Notes: generated from the letters alone by a model not told the origin. A stretch of DNA of 45,902 nucleotides from Neolecta irregularis DAH-3 (GCA_001929475.1 LXFE01000360.1:1-45902); one strand, 5' to 3'; shown: positions 10,994-24,984, counted from the stretch's first letter. Numbers and translations: made by a program.

Positions 10994-13900
10994 ATGAAAC
11001 GACCGTTGGATAGTCCAAACCCCATGTTACAACAAAATATATATGTTCGGAATATCCGTGGCAGAGTTCAAAAGGTCGTCAGGTAAAATCTTGACATTAT
11101 TCTTGGTTTAATATCCCCAAGAGAAATTTATTTGCGTACCGATATCCCCTGCAGTTCCCAGCTTTGTACTCGATGTGCCATTACCGCCCCTGTAGCTGTA
11201 GACGGCAAAGGCATTTTCCACAAATCTACTCTGTTTTTTATCGATAGTGCAACAGCCGAAACTTTTGGGATTGCCGGCTCGGACTGAAAAATACAAATTC
11301 CCACACTATATTATTCCTGATACCAATATATTCTTCTACTGCGTATGCTCTTCTTCACTATGGCAGTTGAATATTAGATGGATTTAATGGAACACAAATC
11401 CGCCTTTTATGACGTAATCATTCTTCAGACCGTTCTTGACGAACTGCGAAACCAAAGCCTTCCTCTATACAATCGACTGCGCCAATTAGTTAACGACGAG
11501 GATAAACGATTCTATATATTTCACAACGAATTCCGATCAGACACGTTTGTCACTCGGCAGCATGGGGAAAGTATCAATGATAGAAACGACAGGGCTATTC
11601 GGACAGCAGTGAAATGGTATCAAGGACACATTAACGACGCAGTAAAAGGATCAAAGAATACAGCACCTCAGATTATACTTATCACTGACGACAAGGCCAA
11701 TCGAGAGAAAGCACGGGCTGATAATATCCTGTGCACTTCGAGTATATTATTCGCCATGTATTTGGCTGACCTGACATAGTCAAGTCATATGTTGAAGGAC
11801 TCGAAAATTGCGATGAACTTGTTGATATGATTGCACAAGCTCTGGACAATGAAGACGCGAAAAGCAAAGCCATGAAACTCTCTTACCCAGAGGTTTCTTC
11901 TTTTTCTATACATGTCCTCACGTTTAGTATTATTCGACGATAAAGCTGTTGGCTGGAGTAAAGGAAGGCATTTATCATCAGGGGGTATTCCAGGTCAGCG
12001 CATACAATTTTCTCGAGGCTTCGGTTTCGACGTCTGCCTTTGACAAGTCTCTGCTCGTGCTCGGAAGAGAAAATATCAACAGGGCCGTGCAGGGTGATAT
12101 AGTTGTCGCCCAACTCCTCCCTCAGTCAGAATGGAAGAAACCCACCGAAAAGATTGTGGATCAGGAAGTAGTGACCAGAAACGAGGATGCTGAAGTCGAT
12201 GAGACCGAAGAGATTGATACGGGAGATGATCAACGAGAAATCCAAGGTGAAGTAGAAACTGAAACCAAAGCACTGCCTACGGCCAAGGTTGTTGGTATTG
12301 TCCGAAGAAACTGGAGATCGTAAGGACAACCCGATATTTCTGGAAATCTAAATTTACAGTTATGTTGGACACATCGATCCGGCATCTATATCAAATCTTC
12401 GAGGTCGTTCTCAACAAACCGTTTTCTTACTTCCAATGGACCGACGAATTCCAAAAATTCGAATTCGTACTCGACAAGCAGTGGCTCTCAGTGGTCAAAA
12501 GATAGTTGTCAATATTGACTCCTGGCAACGAACTTCTCGATATCCCGCGGGACATTTCATAAGAGCTCTTGGTGAAATGGAAAATAAAGAAGCCGAAACG
12601 GAATCTTTGTTGCTGGAGTATGATGTTCAATACCGTCCTTTTCCAAAGTCTGTACTGGACTGTCTACCCAAGGAAGGGAATGAATGGAGAGTTCCTGTCT
12701 CATTAGAAGATCCAGCTTGGAGAGGGCGCAAAGATTTTCGAGATTTGCTTGTTTGTAGTGTTGATCCACTTGGTTATTGTCCTTCAGGGAGTGCAATACT
12801 GACTGTTAGGCTGTCAAGATATCGATGATGCTTTACATGCACGTCTTCTCCCTAATGGAAACTTTGAAGTCGGCGTCCATATCGCCGATGTTTCATATTT
12901 CGTCAAACCAGATACCGCAATGGATACTGAAGCTGCTGCTCGAGGAACAACCGTGTATCTCGTTGATAAACGCATAGATATGTTGCCAATGTTACTTGGT
13001 ACCGATCTGTGCTCACTGAAGCCATGTGTGGAACGTTTTGCGTTCTCGACAATATGGGTATCTCCAAACCATATTTTTTGACTGATTTTCAGGAAATTAC
13101 AAAAGATAGCGAAATCCTTAGTGTTTACTTTACAAAGTCTGTAATCAAGTCTAGAGACGCCTTTAGTTATGAACAAGCACAGCTCCGTATTGATGATAAG
13201 TATATCAGCTTATGAAGAATCGTCTAACGATCAGTTCGCAGCAGGATCCACTTACAAAGAGTATGAGATATCTTTTAATGCTTTCAAAAAAGCTTCGACA
13301 TAAAAGAATGGACGCTGGTGCTTTGAATTTAGCGTCTCCAGAAGTGAAAATTCAAGTCGAAAGTGAAACTTCTGATCCTGTCGATGTTGAAACGAAACAG
13401 TTACAGGACACTAATTCTCTTGTTGAAGAATTCATGTTGCTTGCAAACATCAGTGTGGCTCGAAAAATTAATGAGGTGTTTCCTGATGCCGCTATGCTCC
13501 GGTATGTCTGTGCTTACAACTTCCTAAATTGTTAGTCGACATGGGGCTCCGCCGAAATCCAACTTTGAACAGCTCCAAGATATGTTGCGCGTTCGCAAGA
13601 ATATGACACTCGAAGTGGAATCCTCTAAAGCTTTGGCAGATTCTCTTGACCGTTGCGTCGATCATCGAGAGCCCTTTTTTAACACATTATTGCGTATCAT
13701 GACTACTCGGTGTATGCTCTCCGCTGAATACTTTTGCTCGGGTTCAACTGCAGCAACAGAATTTCGTCATTATGGTCTTGCATCTGAAATTTACACACAT
13801 TGGACAAGTCCTATTCGGAGATATGCCGATGTTGTTTCTCATCGTCAACTTGCAGCTGCAATCGATTATGAATTAATACATCCAGCTCTACGAAACAAGT

Positions 13901-14310
13901 CAAAATTGGAACATGTCTGTAAGAATATAAATTATCGCCATAGAATGGCACAGATGGCAGGACGAGCGAGTGTCGAGTATTACGTTGGTCAAGTGTTGAA
14001 GGGGAAAGTTGTCGAAGAAGATGCATTCGTCTTTAGAGTTTTTAAAAATGGCTTTGTGGTGTTCATTATGAAGTATGACACTCATTCTGCTCAAGCTAAC
14101 ATTAGATTCGGCATTGAGGGGGTTATCTACACCAAGGTTCTGGGACACGACAGCGAATTCGAACCGGAGCAGTATAAACTAGTCATTAAACCGAAGAATG
14201 CGGAGCCCTTTGATATCGGCATTTTTGATAAGTGCAGAGTGAAGATTTCAGTTGTTCGAGAGAATGCCAAGAGTCAACCGAAATTCGAATATTTAAAAAT
14301 GCTGGTATAG
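10994..14310 (+). CDS. DIS3: Exosome catalytic subunit Dis3/Rrp44, about 11 introns
   Basis: [15 protein letters not shown] domain ([14 protein letters not shown]), RNB domain ([45 protein letters not shown]). Confidence 0.95.
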
Positions 14311-14416
14311 ATGTAGAATAAAATGGCTCAACATGTAGAATAGTCGGTTGGAGACAGAAGGCAGTTGATGAATGTGCAAATATTTTTGATAGATTTGATA
14401 CAACCTCGCTAAATAT

Positions 14417-15062
14417 CTAATCTTGTTCGATCGTTTCTCTGGCAGACACGTAAATGCCATCCAAGAACTTTCGGATATCTTTGTTTCGCACATTACAAAT
14501 TTGCTGGATGGAGGCAGCGGTCTGCGAGACGTTTTCGAGCGAAATACCTAATACCAGTCAATATGTATTGCGATTTCGCATCACAATACCTTCCACAATT
14601 AATTCGTCTTTCTGAGCTTGTGATATTGCAATTTTAGCCCCATCGAGAGGTTGGATTTTACGGACGACCTTCTCGCCGAGGAAATTTCGAATTTCAATGC
14701 CTCCGTCATTGTCGATGTTGCAGTTGATGGGGAAATGTGCGTATACTAATCTCATTTTATACCGGAAGCCCTACCTATCTCAGCTCACCCATATATTTTC
14801 TGATTTGGCACACCTTGGTCACACCAATAATCATGTTGTTGATCAGAGTCCTGACTGTTCTCAAGCATGCGACGTGCTTCCGACTTCCGTGCCAGACAAT
14901 GAACTTGATTTTGTTGCCGACCTTTCTCAACTCCATATCAATGTGACGGACATTCTTGCGGAGGACGCCTCTGGGGCCGGTGACAGTGATAATTCGGGCT
15001 TTGATCTCGCAGGTAACATTTTTGGGGAGCTCGAGCTCCTCGTCCTTGTAAATGTCCTTCAT
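14417..15062 (-). CDS. RPL9: 60S ribosomal protein L9 (uL6), 2 introns
   Basis: [62 protein letters not shown]. Confidence 0.96.
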
Positions 15063-15260
15063 TGTTGGAGGAGTGGAAATGTACGAATCTGGAGTGCGAC
15101 TGTGTTTTTTGGCCAGGCTAATTAGCGACATTTATATTCCTGACTAACCCACCAAGGTTCGCGGTCGCGTTGCGCAATTTGTCGCGAATTTGTAAACTGA
15201 TCCATTCTGGAGTCAGACAAGGAAAACAGCTCCCCGCCTGGCGCGGCGACAAGGCACAAG

Positions 15261-16423
15261 ATGAGCCGGCAGAATCAGAAAACACAGGCGCATTTGATGC
15301 TGGTCGATGAAGATAAGGCATTCTACGACCCACAGCAACCTGAGGCCGAACGGCGAGAAGTAAAAAAGAAGTACAGGGGACTGCAACAGAGAATGACCGG
15401 TGCATTTCCATAGTCTACTAATCGCTAATGGCAAAGAGGAGCGCCAGACTCTTGTTCTGCCTGCAAATGACGGCTTAACGGATAATCTTCAGGCCATGGA
15501 CGATAATTTTGCCAGAGGTGTGATTCCTCTTGGCATGTCGTATTGACAATTAAAGTCAAAAACCCGTCTGATGCAACTCTTGATTCTGGCTTGTTTGTTG
15601 AACTTGGCACATTGACACAGATTAAAATTCGCAATGTCACACTTGGCGGTCTTGCTCCTCTCGACTTGAACGAGCTCGTTACAAGATATGCTACGTATAT
15701 GGGCAAGCAGCAAGCCAGATGCGGCGTTGAACTTACTCTCTTTTCAAAGCTCGGTCGATTGGTGATGAAACATTCTTCTCGGGCGCCCACAATCGACTTT
15801 TTGTATGCTAGTTGCTCTGGTATTCCTGATTGTCCAGATTGGGACCGTTATCTGTCGAGAAGAAGATTAGAAAAACAAGTCAACGGCAAAACTACAAACG
15901 GAACAATACCAGTACCATCCAACCTCAAGAACTAAGAAATGAAGACATCAAAAAGGAAGACAACACTACCAATAACAATGTAATGGCTATTCACCGAATT
16001 CTCGAAGCATATCCCCAAGACACTGGCGTGAATCTTTGGCAGTTTGTCATTAACCCTGAAAGCTACTCTCAGACAGTTGAGAATCTGTTTTACTCAAGTT
16101 TTCTTGTCAGAGAGAATAAGGCCAAGTTAACCGAACGCGCTGGCATGTTCTATCTTCGTATCATGCCTGACTGATATATCTTACGAATAGATTATATACC
16201 CAAGCCAAAAGATGATGAAGAAGCAGCAGCTCGAAAATCAAAGTCTCATGAGTATCAACAGATCGTTGCTTCTATCTCTATGGGCGATTGGAAAGTATTT
16301 TTCTTCTTCTAGTCCAATACTGATTAGTAGGAACTTGTCAAATTACTCAACATTAGCAAATCCGTAATCCCAATTCGGAGATCGTTACAGGGACTGCAGC
16401 AAAATGGGCAATGGTATGGATAG
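15261..16423 (+). CDS. NSE4: Smc5/6 kleisin subunit Nse4, 5 introns
   Basis: FYDPQQPEAERREV, VKNPSDATLDS, F|LGPLSVE and the Nse4 C-terminal motif FVINPESYSQTVENLFYSSFLVRE. Confidence 0.88.
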
Positions 16424-16566
16424 ATCTAGGTTTAGGGGTTGGAAGCTGCAATTATTGTTTTGAAAAGCGCTGTATATACGCACACAGCTGTGGTACCACA
16501 TTAGCCTAGTGTATAATTTTCCCAACCCTCTAGGATTTCCTATAAATCAGAAAATCTCTATCCAAC

Positions 16567-18162
16567 CTACTCTTGCCATGCATGTGTCATAAACACCTGA
16601 ACCGCTGATAATGCCTCATAACGAACATCGGAGTCTGGATGACCCATCAGTTCCATTATCCTTTCTTTTGCTCCAAGATTTTGAAGCACACTATCATGTG
16701 AGAACGAACGCCCTCAGAAATACCTCCTCCCATCCGGCACATATTTCAAATATTGTCCAAGGTCATGAGCAGCGACAGCAAGGACAAGAGCGTCGTTGGA
16801 AGACTTTAACAAATTCGTTAACTGTTTCAAAAGACTGTTATCGTATTCGGCGAATCTCACAGCATTTTGGCCCCAGAAGTCCATGTTCCTATGGGGCGGC
16901 GTCCAACTAAGATGACCAGATTCCACTTCTGATGTGTATTCATCGAATGTACTTTGACATTAGAAGAACTCGGCTAGAGTAAAATACGTCAATTGTTCAA
17001 AGTTGCATGTCAGTTCCTCATTGATGAACTGGAGGTCCTCAATGATTTCAGTATCTGACCATTTCCGCTTTGCTAAATTGTTCGTTAGATCGAGTACCCG
17101 AGCTACCAGCATGGCTAGCAAGTTTTCCTCTGGGGCGTTTTTGATGAGGTTCTGATTATTAGCGGGAAAGGATAGACCCTGATACTCTGAAAATTGCTAG
17201 AGCAACACGAGTAATCTTTTCCTTAATAGCCGACTTGAGGATATCTGAAAGTAGAAGGACAACATCGTACTTTCTTTAGGTTAATTGTGGCATGGATATT
17301 GTATGTACTTGTTCACTTCCCGAGCAAGGCTTGGTTGAAAGGAAAGCAGCCAGATTACCAGGAGGATATTGTATTGAAGCTGGACTCCTCCGTTATTCTT
17401 CTTCAAGGCAACAATAAGATTTGTGGGGCATTTCTCGATTTCCCAGAACAAGAGACGTACTTCATCAGATTTTAGTACCCCCGAGTACGCCTGCACAGCC
17501 AAGTCCTGGTGCACTGTGTCTCGTGAAGCATTGAGATTTGCAGCATACTCTAAAAACGATCGCATTACATCTATTGGTGGATTTGGATCGGCACTATCAA
17601 TTGATACATATTCAAGTACGAAAGAAACCTTAGAACAAAGGCAAGAACCTTTGCAGCTAGAAGCGTGACGGATTCGTCATCACTTTTGAGATGTCTACAT
17701 AGGTAAGCCAACCAAACATCTTGAAATAGCAACTTTAGTAGAGGTGAATATGGCAGATCGCTGTTGTTTTCTTGTAATGATAGAAGCACATTGACCCAAC
17801 CATCGACTTCTATCAGGTTATGCAGATCAACGAAAACCCATATGTACCGGAGATGAGATCTCCCGCCAACACCAAAACATATTGCTGGATATCGATTCTC
17901 TTCGTCTTCTGCATCAGCCCCAATGTTAATTCAGCATATCCAATGCCATCCTTCGAGTAAGAACATGCTCAACTCGATTATGAACCTCTTGCACAACTTG
18001 CAATCGCCTGCCACGATTGTTTCCATCCACTGCTTTAATTTTCTTCAAATCAACCTCAGAAATCAATCCAGCCCGTTGGTAGCCCTCCCAGGGAATTGGC
18101 CGGGCCCGTAGATTCGCCGCCAACTCTTCGAGATAGGGATTTGAGAAGGTGTACATGTTCAT
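16567..18162 (-). CDS. VMA13: V-type ATPase V1 subunit H, about 8 introns
   Basis: RARPIPWEGYQRAGLIS, QLQYNILLVIWLLSF, KEKITRV, SGHLSWTPPH..FW.QN, LAVAAHDLGQY. Confidence 0.93.
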
Positions 18163-18265
18163 ATTGAGCGCTCAGAGGTGTGGGGAGATTTCGGGTCACG
18201 TTTGCGATTTCCGCCCTCGCCATCACGAAATAGAATATTTTTTCCATTTTCTTGTCAACTAGTCG

Positions 18266-21200
18266 ATGAACATGTTATCTAGCGCCGCCCTTCAGGGGTT
18301 GTCTTCTAAGGTCAAATCAAGCTTCGATGCGCTGAAATCTGTTGAATCACTGAGAAATACACAAGAGAAAACTCAGAGAAAAAGATCAAGAGATGGAAAG
18401 CCAAAAGAATCCTTGAGATCAATCGATAATTTTCCCAACCAGCCAATGAATAAGAATGCATCGAAGGAAAGGCCCAAAAAAGATAAGCTCAACTCAAAGA
18501 CGAAGCCAACTTTGAAACTTTCTCAACCTGAGAAAAGTGTTGAGCACTCAACTGTCAAAAAGAGTTTCGCCAAGAGAAAATCTAGAAGTAAATCCAGTCA
18601 ATCAAATACGAGCGCTCTCCTTCGAGATATATTGAAACTTGGAGGTACGGAAGAAGATCTTGATCTCGTCAAAGGCATAGAAAGTGGCGACGATGTTTCT
18701 GAGGATCAAACGAAAACTACTCACTCATCTGAAAGAAAGGTTTTATGCCGTTCAAGAGTCGTTGTAATTCTCATAGTTTCGGAAAGAGCTCAAGCAATTT
18801 ATGACTCAAAATGGAATTGCTGCTGATAAATTCGTCGATGAAGTATTTAATGCAGAGGTTGAGGAAGATGCCTCAGACTGGTCTACTGGTGGTGATAGTT
18901 CGTCTGAAGATGTTGTCGATAAGGTCAGTAAACCTGCGTTTAAATCGCCGGCAAGAATCACTGATGATGGCTTGGTAGCTGCTCATAAACTTTCTTAACT
19001 TAACAAGCAGATTTTGGAACCGCAGTCTTCCTGGTACCAGGTTGAAATGCCTGATATCCACAAGCCCACACACGATCCCCTTCCTCTTAACATTGAAAAA
19101 CAAATTGAAGAAGCCAGAAACCTCCTTCAACATGAGAATGATGTATCTGCAGCCTCAGACCATCTGTCCAAATCGGACCGTCAATTCTTGGGCTCTATTC
19201 TTAAATCAGGAACTTTAAACGATCGAATCAGTGCTTTGACTTTGGTCATCCAGCAGTCTCCTGTCCACTCTGTACGATATTTTAATAATATTCTTGCTAT
19301 GACGAAAAAGAAAAGTCGAAATGAAGCTTTGCAGGCAGTAGGTGCTTTACAGGATCTCTTCACAACTGGCGTGTTGCCAGATCGGAAACTCAAATACATG
19401 AAGCAGCAATACGGCGTTGGATTCAATGTCATTGACAAACAGAGAATGTTATTATGGGCTTTTGAAGACTTTTTGAAGACTTTTTATTTTGAATACCTTC
19501 AACAAATTGAGGTTTGCAACTGTCACTGAACTCGTTAATTGGACAGAAACTCTTGTTTGATCCCTTGCCTTTCGTTCGTTCCCAAGTCTTAAATTATGTA
19601 TTTCTACTTTTACGAGACCGACCGGAGCAGGAACAAAATCTCCTTCGGCTGCTAGTCAACAAACTGGTTTGGCGGGCTTACCAGATCTGGTGTAACGTAG
19701 TAGGGAGATAATGACAAGAAAATCGCCGCAAAAGCTTCGTATAATCTTTTGCAACTTCAACATGCGCATCCAGCTATGAAAAGGGTTGTTCTTCGAGAAA
19801 TTGAAAATATGATTCGCCGGTCTTCCACTCACCATGTTCAATACTACAGCATTATTACACTCAATCAGACGGTCCTTACATCGAAAAATACCGAACTGGC
19901 GAATAAATTAATTGAAATTTACTTCACTTTCTTCGCTCAGTTATTACAAATGCCTATTGAAGACGATAAACCCCCCAAAGAGAAAAAATGGCTTCTGTAT
20001 AAATACAAGGAAAAAGGCGGGAGGCGAAATGACAAAAGCCAAGAAGCAAAGGAGAAGAGAAATAAGGATTTGATCGAAGTCACACATTCCAAACTCATAT
20101 CTGCTGTTCTCACCGGTATCAACAGAGCGTTTCCGTTCTCTCAAATGGACGATGAGATGTAATTATCCGATTTATCGGACGACTAACGAATTAGTTTTCT
20201 TAAACATGCTGACATTTTGTTTCGGTTCACGCACAGCGGAAACTTCAATATGTCGATTCAAGCACTATTGCTGATTCATCATATTTCTACAAAGAAAGAG
20301 GTATATTATGATATAATGCTGAAACTAAAGCGCAGCTTGTCGCAGATCGTTTCTATAGAACTCTTTACGAGTCTCTGCTGGATCCGCGTTTGATCGAATC
20401 TACAAAACAAGCTATGTATCTCAACCTCCTGTTCAGTGCATTGAAGTGTGATTTCAATTCTTGCAGAGTTCACGCTTTCATTAAGCGGATGCTGCAAATC
20501 GCCTCCTCGCAAAAGCCCCCCTTTATCTGTGGGTTGTTTTATCTACTCGGCGAGGCACGCTATTTATCTATTTACGTGGAATTCTGATCCTCCAGCTCGT
20601 ATCAGTTATCCCAAGCGTACGAAACATGATTACGCAGGCAGAAGACCTGGGAGATGAAGAAAATTTCCAGGACATCAATGAAGACGATGTAGACAAATTT
20701 GAAAACGATCCCCATGTTGTTAAACCAATAGTTGTAAAAGAACTGAAATATGATGGCCGGAAGCGCGACCCTCTCTACTCTGGTGCAGAAAACTCATGTT
20801 TATGGGAATTGGTATACCAGCCATTCAAGATATTTCTCATCGTACAGCTCCCTTTCTTAGGCCATTTCCATCCTACAGTCTCCCTATACGCATATAAAGT
20901 CCTCAATGGTGAGAAGTTCACTTGTAAGCCTGACTTGGCTCTTCATAGTCTCGGTCACTTTCTCGACCGATTTGTATACCGCAATCCGAAATCAAAACCA
21001 TCACAGCGAAGTAATTCAATAATGCAACCGCTCCCTGGCGGGGATTCTCGTAACATTATTTTGTCAACCAAGGATGCTGCTGTTACAGAGGACTCTGTAA
21101 ACTCGACAAAATTCTGGGAAATGAGCTTCGGAGATGTTCCTCCGGATTCTGCCTTTTTCCACAAATATTTCCAGTTGCGCAATTCGACGAATTCGCAAAG

Positions 21201-21609
21201 CAAAATATCCTCTACGTCTAGTCATGATGTTGAAGAGAACAGTGATGCAGAGGAGGATCAAATATGGAAAGCTCTCGTCGGATCGAATCCAGAGGTTGAA
21301 GTAGACGAAGAGGGATTATCGGAAAATTCAAGTCTCGACCAAGAAATGGAGAATATACAAAGTTCGAGCGATCTTGATGACGGTGAAGATAGGGTTGATA
21401 CACTTTTCGATGACGAATGTGAAACCTCAGACGACAACGAAAGCGAAGAAGAGGAAGAATTAGAGAATCTTCCGGTGAAAGGCGAAGACAAGGAACCCGA
21501 AATCGAGGATGATATACGGGACAATCGAGGTAACAAGCGGAGGAAGCTCAAGCATTTGCCGATCTTTGCATCTGTAGAAGAATATGCGTCACTTTTAGAT
21601 TCTTCCTAG
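18266..21609 (+). CDS. MAK21: Ribosome biogenesis protein Mak21/Noc1 (CEBPZ), about 8 introns
   Basis: SGTLNDRISALTL, PEQEQNLLRLLVNKL|GD, LTGINRAFPF, YDGRKRDP, HFHPTV, FLDRFVYRNPK and the C-terminal LPIFASVEEYA. Confidence 0.93.
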
Positions 21610-21622
21610 AAGATTTGTGTGT

Positions 21623-22050
21623 TTATACTATAGAACAGGATTCCAAATTTACTTCCATGATGCTAATCTCCTCCCATTTTGCCTTTTGTTGCATTATATC
21701 ATCAATTGCATTCTGGATACTGTCTATATTTGCACACATATTATTTGGATCCATAACCACCTACTACCTAACCTTTCTATCCTGGTATTCTTCAATAAGT
21801 GAATTTTGCTGTTGGATGATAGCTTGCTTTGCACACTCAGCATTTAGCTGTCCAATTGCCATCCAGCTTTGTGCAAAAGAATCTAATTGTCACAAGCCAA
21901 TTTTTGCCTCTTATGAAGTTGTGTAGATAATCTTTTGAGGTGTTTTGAAATTTATATTTTTTTTGGAAGGATGTCTTCTAGGGAGGGGCTTATGTTCCAT
22001 TGATAACCAGCAACCATCCCACCTCATATGTTGACCCCATATTATCCAAA
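21623..22050 (-). mobile_element. Degenerate pogo/Fot1-like transposase C-terminal fragment
   Basis: Minus-strand frame 22000-21623 reads FKTPQK...S*EAKIGL*QLDSFAQSWMAIGQLNAECAKQAIIQQQNSLIEEYQDRKVR**VVMDPNNMCANIDSIQNA. This resembles the recalled KRRKVxxDPNxxFANIxxI tail of fungal pogo transposases. It has 4 internal stops and no CpG from 21589 to 22050. Confidence 0.55.
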
Positions 22051-22105
22051 CGTTCACAAACACACCAAAAATAATATCTGAAATTGAACCAGTTGAACTA
22101 GAGAA

Positions 22106-24427
22106 ATGACTTCTAAACAGCGTCTTACTATGCAAGAACGCCTTGCCCTGGCGATTGCACGCGGTTCCAGTCCAACCGATTTAAGGAGAGAAAAATCTCC
22201 GGCTCCTGCTGCAAGCCCGACAGGCACTTCTTCTCCAAGATCGTCATTGGCCCTAGAAAGAAATGAAACAAGTACTCTAGAAGTTGTAAATACAAATCAA
22301 CCCGATCCCAACAATCACGAGAAACAGCCAAGTTCCAACTCGCAGGATGTTACGAAGGTGGAACCTGGACTCGAGCCTCAGGTTGATGGACAAGAGACAG
22401 ATGAGCCTGCCAACGCGCCTACAGATAACGAGCCCGTGCCGGAGGGACTGCAACGAGAGCCGTTCATTCAAAAGGAAGTGAACAATACTATTGGAAATTG
22501 TCCTCCAGTCTTGCCACCTCAAACCTTTGAAGAGGCGGCCGAAAACCCAACGATGTCTCTGGACGAAGCTGACGAATTAAGACTTAAAATAAGTCATCAA
22601 GCCGAACAGGTTCAATGCCTTCTTGATGAAAACACAAATTTAAGGAACGAACTCGAAACTGCCCGAAATACAAAGTCAGATGAAACACCAAAGGGATCGG
22701 CCGATAGCGAACTGTCTCAATGGAAAAGGCTGGTGGTCGAAAAGGAAGAGAAGATCACTTTGTTGCTTGAAGAAGGCAGATCTTACCTCATGACTGTTAC
22801 TGATTAGTAAGGCCAGAAACTCTCATTACAAGAGCTTAAATATATGAATACTATAAAGAGGCTTCGCGTGAAATCGACTGAAGACCAAAAGTCTATCGAA
22901 GACATCAACAAGAAGCTTTCAAAGATCGAAAAGGATAATGCCGACTCGCAAGAAAAGATCAAAAAATTAGTTGAAACAGACCGACGACAAAAGGAACAGA
23001 TCAAATCATTGTCAAAACTGCAGATTGAAAGAAATGCAGCTCTGGTTTGAGAACTATAGCGTATCGAGAAGTTGATGATGAAGACTAGTGTTTCCCAGTT
23101 ACAATCGCAGTTGACGGAACTGAGCGCTCGTATGGAAAAGAACATTGAAAATGCCTTGCAAGAGAGTAGCGACCGCGAACAGAGAGCCCAGAAGGAGCTT
23201 CAGGATACAATTGGACGTTTACGGACTGAATCGGATAACGTGCAAGCCCAGACTATGAACGAATTAAGGCGCGTTACATCCGAACTCGAGCGGTCAATAG
23301 CAACGGAATTAGAACTTCGAAGAGAAATTTCGGTAGGACTGCTGCTTTCTGATTCATTACTTATCACAGGATCTTGAAAATCAGCTTGAAATACAAAGAT
23401 ACCGAGCTGAAGAGACCTCGGAAAGATATCTGAATGCCGGACAAAATGAACTTACTCACAAGCTAGAATCGACGAGGAATCAGTACAGCCAATCATCTTT
23501 AAAGTGGCAACAGACAGAAGCTCGACTGAATGCTCTCTATGATCAGCTACGACTTGAAAAAGTTGACTTGGAGCTGCAGAAAACCCAAGCATGGGATAAA
23601 TTAAGGGATATGGTATTGTTTATTCCATAATTATTGCAGACTAATATCAGACCGATAAAGTTACCATAACATCTGATGCTCAGTGTAGGGCAGAGACCTC
23701 CCTGGAAAATCTTCGAAAAGAATACGAGATTGTGACTGATTCAAACCGAATGAAGGATGATGAAATATCTCATCTTTTGACGAAGATTGAGAATCTCGAG
23801 CAAAATTTAACACAGATTTCTACATCATCAGATCATTCAGCCCCACATCTCTCTATTGAAAGGTGTAATAGTATATCACCACCAGATGAAATGAGCATGA
23901 AAAATTCGAAGGAATTTCCACTTCCTCGGATCGACTCGAGTTCAGCAATACCAGACATTCTTGAGGAACATCAAGTAATGTCCCCGGATCGTCGGCCGTC
24001 CAAGATGACATTCGAGACATATGGACCTGGAACGTCAATTCCTCCTCAGGATACAATTTCAGTACAAACCGCAAATGCTGGCTCCGTTAGTATTGGTATC
24101 ATTGAGAGAATGTCGACTGCCATGAGGAAACTCGAGGGAGATCTTGCACTATCGAGACAAGAGATCTTGCGATTATCGAGTCAGCGAGATGAAGTACGAG
24201 CAGCCTGTCTCGAGCTCAGCAAAGAATTAGAAATCAGGAAATCGATAGAAAAGAAAAATATAGAGCTTCAGAAGCAAGTGTTTGGTTTGGAAGAAAGATT
24301 TCATGCCACCTTGGAGTTACTTGGAGAAAAGAGCGAAACTATTGAAGAGATGCAGCAGGATATTATTGATTTGAAGGCAATGTATAAGGAACAGATACAG
24401 GAGTTGGTTGAGCAAATAGCGACTTAA
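22106..24427 (+). CDS. SGM1: Golgin TMF1/Sgm1 (TATA element modulatory factor family), 4 introns
   Basis: LLEE|GQKLSLQELKYMNTIKRLR and the C-terminal IERMSTAMRKLE...ATLELLGEKSETIEEMQQDIIDLKAMYKEQI; coiled-coil throughout. Confidence 0.87.
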
Positions 24428-24591
24428 ATATATAATGACGGTGTATTTATCTTAAACATACTGGGAGAGCGAATACATGTCGAAATTGGGTTCATTCAGG
24501 ACATATATGTTATACAAAAACCTATCATGAAGGATTTTCCGTGGTCCAAGTCCAGAGGATGCTTCTTTCGAATACAGCACAATCACTCGTC

Positions 24592-24984
24592 TCAAAACCT
24601 TTGGGACGAACTAAACTTGAGTGGTCTACGATGACCCCCAACTTGATATTTGTCGACCTCCTTCGCAACGTAATCCCAGAGGCTACTGATAATATTGGTG
24701 TTCATCAAGGACAGCGTGGCGGCTATGACGGCCAAAACGATGAACAGTCTACTCAGCATCCCTATTGCCGTGTTGATCATCTTCGAAATCTGGCCGATAC
24801 ATAACAAAGAGATGTAGAGGATGGACAGCAGCAACACCGCGGAAATCAGATCGGAATGCATGTCTTTGGTTAAACGCCAGGCGGTATACGGATCGCCGAT
24901 ATGTCTCCACAGAAGCTGCAGGGAATACATTGTACTTTTTGTCAGGTAGAGGAAGAAGTCGGCTAACTGTTGGGCAGAGGGCAT
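24592..24984 (-). CDS. APQ12: Small two-TM protein, probable Apq12 (nuclear pore/envelope biogenesis)
   Basis: 130 aa ORF with SDLISAVLLLSILYISLL..ISKMI...LSRLFIVLAVIA, matching the Apq12 pattern. Confidence 0.6.
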   Translation of the reverse strand: MPSAQQLADFFLYLTKSTMYSLQLLWRHIGDPYTAWRLTKDMHSDLISAVLLLSILYISLLCIGQISKMINTAIGMLSRLFIVLAVIAATLSLMNTNIISSLWDYVAKEVDKYQVGGHRRPLKFSSSQRF

